Assembly: GCA_017609985.1 (NCBI GenBank) | Contig: JAFCCW010000001.1 | Span: 116,189-180,188 of the forward strand | Direction of reading: 5' to 3' | Length of the DNA: 64,000 bases | Origin: Candidatus Iainarchaeum sp. | Lineage (GTDB): Archaea; Iainarchaeota; Iainarchaeia; Iainarchaeales; JAFCCW01 | Part shown: positions 54,392 through 62,166 of the stretch, in pieces | Position numbering within the stretch: the stretch's first letter is position 1 | Layout: every line of letters starts with the position of its first letter | Program-made: the position numbers and the translations under genes | Notes under the pieces: model-generated | Database searches by the model: none | Seen by the model: only the letters and a program-made list of their open reading frames with translations | Told to the model about the DNA's origin: nothing

Positions 54392-55435
54392 ATGCAAATC
54401 CTAAAAATGGACTTTAAGGAAAGCATTCTCGAACTTGTTCCTGACTCTCTTGATGACCTGTGGCATCTTGAAAAAGTTATTGAGTCCGGCGACAGGGTTA
54501 GCGGAAGCTCTACCCGCAAGATAAAGCCAAAGCATGAGGGAGACAAAGCAGAGAGAATTCACGTATTCATAAAGCTTGAGACAGAGCAGGCAGAATTTCA
54601 CAAGTTTTCAGGAAAGCTCCGTGTTTCAGGAATCATTTTAGAGGGAAAGCCGGAAGAGCTTGTTGAGCTAAAGTCACATCATTCAATTGAATTTGAACCA
54701 GGAACAAAAATCAGAATTGAGAAAGATAAAATAAAAAAATACCAGGCTGAGCGGCTGGAGAAAGCAAGAAAGGCTTCTGGAAGAGCATCAATTATTGTTG
54801 TTTTGCTGGATGATGAAACAGCATCTGTTTATTCAATCAAAGAGTTTGGGTCAGAGGAACGGGCAAAAATTCTCGCAGAAAAGCAGGGAAAGAGATATGA
54901 TTCCGAAGAAAACAATTCCTTTTTTGACGAAATAATTTCCAAGGTTACTGAATTAGAACCAGAAATTGTGATTATTGCAGGGCCTGGTTTTACTCGAGAA
55001 AAAATCAAGAAAAAGATTGATGAAACAGGATGCAAATTCAAAATCTTTTCCTGTGCTACAAATTCTGTGGGAAAAACAGGTTTAAGCGAGTTACTGAAAA
55101 GTGATGTTGTTGGAGAAGCAGTCAGCGAAACAGTTCTTGCAAAAGAAGAGAAAGTTATTGAAAAACTTTTTGAAGAAATTGGGAAAGGGCAAGGAAAAGC
55201 AGTTTATGGAATAAGTGAAGTTGAAAACGCAGCAGAGCTTGGAGCTGTTGAAGTATTGCTTGTGAATGAAAAAAATCTTTTAGAGACAAGGGAAAGAATT
55301 GAAAAAATTATGGAAGTTTCTGAAAAAATGCAGGGGCAAATTCACATAGTGTCACAGGAAAACGAGGCAGGACAAAAACTTGAATCTATTGGCGGAGTAG
55401 CAGCTATTCTTCGCTATGCTGTCTCAGCACAATAA
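54392..55435 (+). CDS. pelA: Pelota (Dom34 homologue)
   Basis: LVPDSLDDLWHLEKVI N-terminal motif; eRF1-like length. Confidence 0.9.
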   Translation: MQILKMDFKESILELVPDSLDDLWHLEKVIESGDRVSGSSTRKIKPKHEGDKAERIHVFIKLETEQAEFHKFSGKLRVSGIILEGKPEELVELKSHHSIEFEPGTKIRIEKDKIKKYQAERLEKARKASGRASIIVVLLDDETASVYSIKEFGSEERAKILAEKQGKRYDSEENNSFFDEIISKVTELEPEIVIIAGPGFTREKIKKKIDETGCKFKIFSCATNSVGKTGLSELLKSDVVGEAVSETVLAKEEKVIEKLFEEIGKGQGKAVYGISEVENAAELGAVEVLLVNEKNLLETRERIEKIMEVSEKMQGQIHIVSQENEAGQKLESIGGVAAILRYAVSAQ

Positions 55436-58304
55436 AAAGAGCAAGAAGCCCCACAATCACAATTCCCAGTAAGTTGATGTCTGGAACAGAGATTGAGCCT
55501 GGGCCAACAGAAACTGCGAAATATTTCTCATAAGTTACTCCTCCAGAGGAAATGACTACATGCCCTGTTCCGCCATTTCCAACAATACTGCTGTTTATTG
55601 CAAGCTCATTGTTTCTGCCAATGATTACTGGGCTGTATTTACTCACGTTTGCAACAGAACCGCTAAAGTTCTTCACAAGAACTTCTTCCCTGCCTGATTC
55701 TCGGTAATACAATCTTCCATTAAATCCTGCTGGAAGAGAATAAGGATTCCAAACAGGAACATGCACTATTGCATCATCTCCTGAAGAAAGAGGACAATTA
55801 TTGCAGAAAGCATCAAATCCAAACATTGCTTTTTCAACTCTTGCATTAACCTGCAGAGCCTGTGACACGCTTGAATTTTCAAGCTGTGTTGAAACAAGAC
55901 TGATTGAATTGTTTCCATTGGATGCTGTTGACGGAATCTTCACGATTGCAGTTATTCCAGTTAATTCTCCTGGTTCAATCAGACTTCCAATCACGCTGTA
56001 GCCTGGGATAATAACTTCTGAAATTTCATTTCCTGAACTGTCAACAAATCTTGTCAGAGACGAGTTGGATGAAAGCAAATAAGTTTTTTCACTCTCAAAT
56101 GGATTCTTTAACAAAATTTCTATTTCTCTGCTTTCTCCCGGGCTTATTAAAAAATCTTCGTCGTCAGCAAAAACAAGCTCTATCAGGGCTGGGAATTCAT
56201 AGCTTGTGTTGATTGCAGAAAATGCCTGGTGAGCAAAACCTGTCTGGCTTTCCTCTAAATAAAGAAGTTCTTTTGAAAGCAGGCTGTTCCAGTTGTTTGG
56301 CACTGAGTCAAGATCGTATTTTACAAAGCTTCTGATTTTTGTTGTTCCAAAAACATTTGAAATATCATATCCTGGGTCAGAAATTTCCACAGTAAATTTT
56401 TCTCCAGCAGGAATTAGTGATTCAATTGAATAACTTCTTTCATAATTTGGAGTAGAAGAATTTCCTCTGAAAAAATGCACTTCTAGTTTTAATGGATACA
56501 TTGTTCCTTCTCCAAGGTCACGGTCAGAAAAATCATTCCTGATGGTTGCTTCTATTTTTAGCGGAGTTCCAAGTCCAGTAAAATATAGTTCAGGGAATAC
56601 GTGGCTGATTATGGGCATTGGTCCCTTTATCAGTTCTGCTTCAGGTTGGGCATAAAAAGAAGAGCCAGGAGGCCAAGTATTTGGAGTAAAACAGTCAATT
56701 CCCTCGCCGCTATAACAGATATTTATTCCATCATTCCAGGTAAAGTTTCCTGGCCAAAGAGGATAAAGACATCTTTTATTATCAGAACCATATGGTAAAC
56801 CAAAAGTTTTTGATTCAATCAAATCAAGCGCAAAAAAGTCAATAAACCTATCAAGCCCCCCTTTGGAGCACATTTGATTAACTCTTGCTCCAACCAAGAT
56901 ATCAAATCCTTCATTGCAAAAGTCAATTCCTCTGTGCACAGAGTCATAAAAACCAGGGTTTGTCACAGAACTAACCCAAACTCTTGGCACGCTTCCAGTC
57001 AGATAAGAATAAGTTGTACTGTAACAAATTTCTTCGCCCACTTCATAAATATTTGAAGGGTCCATTGAAAAGCTTCCGGAAACTCTTGCCCAGCCTCCTG
57101 ACCCTGATTCAATGTTTTCATAAAATGGAACAATTCTTTCACTTTGAGGATTGTCAAAATTGTGGTTCCAGCTTCTGTCAAACATAACTTTTGCATAAGT
57201 ACTGCCTCCTTTCTGGTGCTCTGGGAAATCCTCTGCAGGATAGAAAACACTTCCTGAAAAGCTTTCTCCTGGAGCAAGAGGCGGTGGCTGAAGATGAATC
57301 CAATGAGTTTTGGAACCATTGTTTTTCGTAAAATATCTCTCAGAATTGTAAACACGGATAGTGGAATTGGAAATAGTGTAAGAGCCACAGTTTTCAACAG
57401 TTAAATAAACCCCCATTATGGATTGTTCTGGAATTTTAAAGTTCAGCTGAGACTGAGTTGAATAATTTACAACTCCTGTTTCCTCAAGTTTTGAAATAAT
57501 CTTTCCTGGTCCTCTAGAACAATCCTGAAGTGAAGAATACTGGGGGTGGGTTGGGGAAATATTTGACCAACAATACTCAAGGAAATTAAATTTTCCACAG
57601 ACTGCTTCATCAGCACTTGCTCCGGGAACAAGCAAGATGCAAAGCATTAGAGAAAGCAGAATCGAGAAAGCAAAACCTGTTTTTTTAAACTTGATGAAAG
57701 CCCCTGCTAAAAGAAGAGCAACTGCGATGAATCCAAGAGCAAACAAAACAGCTGACAGGTCTCCCTGCTCTGACCCAACTTCAACAATACTGCCTTCGCC
57801 AGCATTGTTTTCGCCTTGGCCTTCTTCACTCCCTTCTGAAATTTTTGACTCGTTTCTAGCACTAGTTGTTTCACCAGTTGCTGTGTCTGTTACACTGTAC
57901 TGGAATTCAGGATTTTCATTTGACTCAATTTCCTGAACATCTGCAAAAAACCAGCTTCCGATTGTTCTTGAAATTCCAATAGGGGAAAGCCCAAGATTTG
58001 TTTTCTCAGAAATCTCAAGAAGTTCTTTCGAGACAAGCTCGTGCTTTTGTTTTGCTAAAATACTATTTTTTGATTCAATTGCAGAAATCATTTCAGAATA
58101 ATTTTTTTTCAAAGACTCAAGTCTTGAAAAAATCATGCTCTCCACAGGCAAAACCTGTTCACCCTGCACAATTTCCTCCAATTCAACCATTGATTTAAAG
58201 CTGTCAATTGCATTATTGAATCTTGTTTTTTCTTCACCATAGTCTGTTGCAAAAGAGCAGGGCAAAAGAAGAAGCAAAAGCAAGACAATGATTTTTTGAT
58301 TCAT
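55404..58304 (-). CDS. Large Cys-rich surface protein with signal peptide, internal TM hairpin and C-terminal TM anchor
   Basis: 966 aa. N-terminal signal, TM pair at residues 183-229, C-terminal LLGIVIVGLLALFIVLRQHSEE. Confidence 0.7.
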   Translation of the reverse strand: MNQKIIVLLLLLLLPCSFATDYGEEKTRFNNAIDSFKSMVELEEIVQGEQVLPVESMIFSRLESLKKNYSEMISAIESKNSILAKQKHELVSKELLEISEKTNLGLSPIGISRTIGSWFFADVQEIESNENPEFQYSVTDTATGETTSARNESKISEGSEEGQGENNAGEGSIVEVGSEQGDLSAVLFALGFIAVALLLAGAFIKFKKTGFAFSILLSLMLCILLVPGASADEAVCGKFNFLEYCWSNISPTHPQYSSLQDCSRGPGKIISKLEETGVVNYSTQSQLNFKIPEQSIMGVYLTVENCGSYTISNSTIRVYNSERYFTKNNGSKTHWIHLQPPPLAPGESFSGSVFYPAEDFPEHQKGGSTYAKVMFDRSWNHNFDNPQSERIVPFYENIESGSGGWARVSGSFSMDPSNIYEVGEEICYSTTYSYLTGSVPRVWVSSVTNPGFYDSVHRGIDFCNEGFDILVGARVNQMCSKGGLDRFIDFFALDLIESKTFGLPYGSDNKRCLYPLWPGNFTWNDGINICYSGEGIDCFTPNTWPPGSSFYAQPEAELIKGPMPIISHVFPELYFTGLGTPLKIEATIRNDFSDRDLGEGTMYPLKLEVHFFRGNSSTPNYERSYSIESLIPAGEKFTVEISDPGYDISNVFGTTKIRSFVKYDLDSVPNNWNSLLSKELLYLEESQTGFAHQAFSAINTSYEFPALIELVFADDEDFLISPGESREIEILLKNPFESEKTYLLSSNSSLTRFVDSSGNEISEVIIPGYSVIGSLIEPGELTGITAIVKIPSTASNGNNSISLVSTQLENSSVSQALQVNARVEKAMFGFDAFCNNCPLSSGDDAIVHVPVWNPYSLPAGFNGRLYYRESGREEVLVKNFSGSVANVSKYSPVIIGRNNELAINSSIVGNGGTGHVVISSGGVTYEKYFAVSVGPGSISVPDINLLGIVIVGLLALFIVLRQHSEE

Positions 58305-58335
58305 CGAAATAAGATAATATTTAATGTATAAAAAG

Positions 58336-58698
58336 CTATTCTATTCTGAATTCCAGCCAGTCAACTTTTTTGTCTTTCACAAGCTGTCTGATTTTTTTCT
58401 GCTTTGGGCTTAGCTGAGAACTTGCTGCTTTAAATTCACACAATACAATTTTGTCTTCCTCAAAACTTACTCCGTCGATTGGAGAACCAAGAAATCTAAA
58501 ATTTCCCGCGTCAAGAGGAAAATCTTTTGCAAAAGGAATCCATTGCTCTGCAATTTTTCCATATTTTGAGCTTTGGCTCTGTTTAGAGAACCTTGAGCTC
58601 TCCAGTAATTCTTCAAGTTCGGAATTCTTTTTCAAAACCAATGCAAGAGCTAATGCAAGAACAAGAACAACAACAAAAAGAACAATTTCAAGCATCAA
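58336..58698 (-). CDS. Membrane-anchored PD-(D/E)xK nuclease related to archaeal Holliday junction resolvase
   Basis: N-terminal TM. Motif PIDGVSFEEDKIVLCEFK (D...ExK). Confidence 0.6.
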   Translation of the reverse strand: MMLEIVLFVVVLVLALALALVLKKNSELEELLESSRFSKQSQSSKYGKIAEQWIPFAKDFPLDAGNFRFLGSPIDGVSFEEDKIVLCEFKAASSQLSPKQKKIRQLVKDKKVDWLEFRIE

Positions 58699-58704
58699 AA
58701 TCAG

Positions 58705-59055
58705 TTAATAAGTTTTAAGTCCTTCTCCAGTTAAAATAACAACCTTGAACTCTTTTTTAGATTCTCGCAAAGCAGCTATGAGAGCAGTGTGTTCTTTTCC
58801 AGAACCTGAAATCAGGCTGACGTGAAGATCTCCTTCAGGCAGGCCTTTTTTGATTTCATCCTTTAAAATTTCAAAACCAAGCCTGTTGTTAACCATTAAC
58901 CAGTCAGTTTCCTTGCTTGGAGCAAAATTTTCTTTACCCCATTCATTTGAAATAAGCAGGATTTGATCCCATTCTTCTTCAGCAATAATTCTAGCAACAT
59001 GGCCCCAGCTACCCTTTCCCAGTCCAAGAATTGCTATAAAAATTTTCTTCATCAA
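58705..59055 (-). CDS. Small Rossmann-like protein, possibly CARF-like
   Basis: KIFIAILGLGKGSWGHV (strand-Gly loop) and HVSLISGSGKEHTALIAAL resemble CARF motifs. 6-nt gap to the nuclease gene. Confidence 0.3.
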   Translation of the reverse strand: MMKKIFIAILGLGKGSWGHVARIIAEEEWDQILLISNEWGKENFAPSKETDWLMVNNRLGFEILKDEIKKGLPEGDLHVSLISGSGKEHTALIAALRESKKEFKVVILTGEGLKTY

Positions 59056-59270
59056 AAATCACTACCTATCAAAATTTACCGTGTTTCAAGCATACTATAT
59101 ACTATAAATAATATACTTACTCTTATATTTATAAAAGCTTCACAAAGCATTGAAAATTTTCATTTTCTAAAAAAAGATTGGTTTTCTTAATTTTTAGTTG
59201 TTGTTTCTGCTTTGCTGATTTTTTCCTGATTTTTTTATTGTTTTTCTGATTTTCTTGACTCGCCCTTATC

Positions 59271-59585
59271 TTATTCATCAATTGCGGAAAACTGGCTTTT
59301 TGCTTTTTTATATTTTTCCAAAAAGTTTTCTCCAAGGCTTTCAAGATAGTAGAGTTCTTTGTCCAAGACATTAATCTTTTTGAGAACCCTGACTTTCTCA
59401 AGAGATTTTACAATAAGGTCAAGGTCTTCTGATTCAATCGATGAAAATTCTGAGTACAGCTCGTTAATGCTTTTAGCATTTTCTGAAATAGACTTAATTA
59501 TTGAAATATAAAGTCCTGATTTGGAAATTGGGTGAAGTTCAGGATGCTCTTCAAGAAAAAGAAAAAATTCTTCGTGTGCCTTCAT
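59271..59585 (-). CDS. Hypothetical small protein (possible wHTH)
   Basis: ORF only. Confidence 0.4.
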   Translation of the reverse strand: MKAHEEFFLFLEEHPELHPISKSGLYISIIKSISENAKSINELYSEFSSIESEDLDLIVKSLEKVRVLKKINVLDKELYYLESLGENFLEKYKKAKSQFSAIDE

Positions 59586-59602
59586 TCAAGAAATACTGTT
59601 TT

Positions 59603-61159
59603 TCAAGTATTTAACTCTTTTGAAAGATAAGCTCCTTTGTCAGAAAAGCCAAGCTTCCGGTAATATTCTTTTACTCCAATTCCGCTCAAAACAGCAAGAT
59701 TTTGTTTTCCTTTCGAGACAGCAATTTTTTCTGCTTGTTCCAAAAGTTTTTTGCCAAGCCCGTGGTGCTGTATTTTATCCTTATTTTTTAAACTAAATTC
59801 AGCTGGTTCTCCAAGAACTCTTAATTCTCTGACAATAGCAGTATTCTTTCCAAGCTCTTTTCTGAACGGGTTGTGAATAAAACGCATTCTCAAAAAACCA
59901 AACAAGGTTTTTTGTTTTTTGTCTTCAAAGGAAATAAAAAATTCTTTTCCCTTGCTTGCAGTGTATTCTTCAACAAAAAGTTCTGCCTTGTCGTAATCTT
60001 CATTCTCCTTTAATCCAGCTTCCCTGCACCTAATGCAATTGCATTGCTCTGCTTTTTCAAGCGCAAGCTGTCGTAAATTGCTTTTTTTTACTCCTGCAGT
60101 TATTGAGGGAGCGGGAATATCTCTTTGAACACGCATTATTCTAGTCCAGCGCGGAACAATATTCTTTATTTTAGCAACAAGCTCTGCAGCAGTTTCTGAA
60201 TCAAGAGGAGTGTATTTTCCTGCTTTCCACAATTTGCATAGAACAGTTTTTTCTACAACAAGAGTTGGATAAATTTTTAGCATGTCTGGTTTGAAATCAG
60301 GGCTGGAGAAAATCTTTTTTGCAAGCTCTAAATCTTTTAGGGGAGAAGAACCCGGGAGGCCGAGCATTAAATGATAACAGACCTTAAAGCCAGCGTCCTT
60401 GAGCAAAGCAGTTGCAGAAACAACATCTTTCACTGAATGACCTCTTTTGATTATTTTGTAAATTTTATCCGAAGGCATTTGCACCCCAAGCTCGCACCTG
60501 GTTCCTCCAAGGTCAAGCATCATATCAACATGCGCTTTTCTGCAATAGTCAGGTCTTGTTTCAAAAGTAATTCCAGTGATTCTTTGTTCTGATTTTTCAG
60601 CAAACTTTTTTGCCTGCTCAATGCTTTCTCCATTGCTTTTGGAAACAGCATTAATACAGTCTTTCATGAATTCTTTTTGTTCTTTGACAGGTTTTGCAGG
60701 GAATGTGCCACCCATTATGATGAGCTCAATTTTTCCAGTCTTGTGTCCAGAGTGACCAAGCTGCTCAATTCTTTTCCTGGTTTGCTTTTTTCCATCAAAA
60801 TCCATTGCAAGAGCTCGCATTGTAGCAGGTTCTCCGCCAGTATAACTTTTTGGAGTTTTCTTTTCAGTCAAAGACCCAGGGCAGTAAATGCATTCTCCTG
60901 GACAGTTGTCTGGTTTACCCATTACTGCAACAACAGCGATTCCGCTCTTTGTTCTGGTTGGCTTTGCTTTAAGCAGGTTAATAGTCTTTTTTTTTGGAGA
61001 GACAGCACAGGCAAGAATATCTGGATTGGTTGGAAGTTTCTTTATTCCATGTTTTTTGCAGAGCCTGTTTTTCAGATTGTTCAACTCTACTCTGTTCTGA
61101 ACCTTGTCTGATTCAATCGCTGCAATGATTTCCTTTGAAAAATTCTCAATCTTTTTCAT
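59603..61159 (-). CDS. elp3: Elp3 (radical SAM + GNAT) tRNA uridine-34 modification enzyme
   Basis: CPGECIYCPG cluster motif and C-terminal GNAT (HHGLGKKLLEQAE). ATG 61159 follows the upstream stop. Confidence 0.9.
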   Translation of the reverse strand: MKKIENFSKEIIAAIESDKVQNRVELNNLKNRLCKKHGIKKLPTNPDILACAVSPKKKTINLLKAKPTRTKSGIAVVAVMGKPDNCPGECIYCPGSLTEKKTPKSYTGGEPATMRALAMDFDGKKQTRKRIEQLGHSGHKTGKIELIIMGGTFPAKPVKEQKEFMKDCINAVSKSNGESIEQAKKFAEKSEQRITGITFETRPDYCRKAHVDMMLDLGGTRCELGVQMPSDKIYKIIKRGHSVKDVVSATALLKDAGFKVCYHLMLGLPGSSPLKDLELAKKIFSSPDFKPDMLKIYPTLVVEKTVLCKLWKAGKYTPLDSETAAELVAKIKNIVPRWTRIMRVQRDIPAPSITAGVKKSNLRQLALEKAEQCNCIRCREAGLKENEDYDKAELFVEEYTASKGKEFFISFEDKKQKTLFGFLRMRFIHNPFRKELGKNTAIVRELRVLGEPAEFSLKNKDKIQHHGLGKKLLEQAEKIAVSKGKQNLAVLSGIGVKEYYRKLGFSDKGAYLSKELNT

Positions 61160-61181
61160 TAAAACACTCTCTTTCAATCTT

Positions 61182-61967
61182 TCAAGAAACAAGAGCAAGA
61201 AAGCTGTTCACAAAATAGTAGGGGAGAAGAGAGATGTTAAAAAACGGAAAACCATAGAACACAGAAGTATATTTTCCCGAGAGAGTCTGAAAAACAAGAA
61301 GTTTTGCATCAAACATCTTTGAAAAATCATTCAATTTTGATTCAATTCTGAAAGAAAATTCTCTTGGGCCGTAAGAGCGGGGAACAAGCTCTAACTCAAA
61401 AACAGTTGTGTCCATTGCAGGAATTTCAAGAACAATGTCTTCAAACCAGTAACTCGGAAGAGTGCTGGACACAAAGAGCCGGTGGTCAGCAATTGAATTA
61501 TTTGAAACAGAGAGCCCAAATTTAGTTGGTGCGCCAACCATTGTCTCCTGTGACAAATTCACCATATCCACTGAGAGAAGCTGTTTTTTTACTGAAACGC
61601 GTGCATTGAGAAAAGCAGGAGCAAAAATATCCTCATCAGAAGAAAGCCCTATTTTTAGCAATTGAGTGCTTTCAACAGCATTTTCCGGAACAGAAACAAG
61701 AATTATGAGGGAATCGCGCTGTTGTTCCCAGCTAAAACTCCAGCCAGCAGGAACACTGCTTTGCTCTTCAACAATTTTGTCCCAATAAAAGTCTCCAAAA
61801 CGTCTTTTGACGATTATTTCAATTGTTTCTCCGCATGAAACACTTCCGAGTTCTAGAATGCCCTCATCTGCAACATCTGCCTTAACAGGTTCCAAAACAC
61901 TTATATCAGAATACGCTGATGACACAAAGAGAAGTAAAACAAGAGCAAGTAAAAGCCTTTTAAACAT
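61182..61967 (-). CDS. Secreted beta-sandwich protein with C-terminal hydrophobic anchor
   Basis: Signal peptide MFKRLLLALVLLLFVSSAYS. Confidence 0.6.
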   Translation of the reverse strand: MFKRLLLALVLLLFVSSAYSDISVLEPVKADVADEGILELGSVSCGETIEIIVKRRFGDFYWDKIVEEQSSVPAGWSFSWEQQRDSLIILVSVPENAVESTQLLKIGLSSDEDIFAPAFLNARVSVKKQLLSVDMVNLSQETMVGAPTKFGLSVSNNSIADHRLFVSSTLPSYWFEDIVLEIPAMDTTVFELELVPRSYGPREFSFRIESKLNDFSKMFDAKLLVFQTLSGKYTSVFYGFPFFNISLLPYYFVNSFLALVS

Positions 61968-62017
61968 TCCAATCCCCGTAATAAATTACTGCTCAAGAAA
62001 CTTAAAAGGCTTTTGTT

Positions 62018-62146
62018 ATGAAAATACTCGCAATATCAGATATCCATTCACATTTAAACAAGATTTTGGAACTCCTGAAACACGCAGGAAAACCTGACTT
62101 GTATATAGTTTTTGAAAATGTTTTTTTTTTTTTGAAAATTCTTTAA
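62018..62146 (+). pseudogene. Remnant of a metallophosphoesterase gene (N-terminal 28 codons only)
   Basis: MKILAISDIHSHLNKILELLKHAGKPDL is calcineurin-like motif I. The reading then runs into a T13 tract and stops. Confidence 0.4.
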
Positions 62147-62166
62147 AATAGACAAACAGTGTTAAA

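Noticed and set aside
59129-59401. 90-aa Lys-rich ORF in the AT-rich region downstream of gene 59271-59585
   Set aside because: It is a low-complexity K/N/Q translation of an A-rich spacer that overlaps the better-supported ORF 59271-59585.
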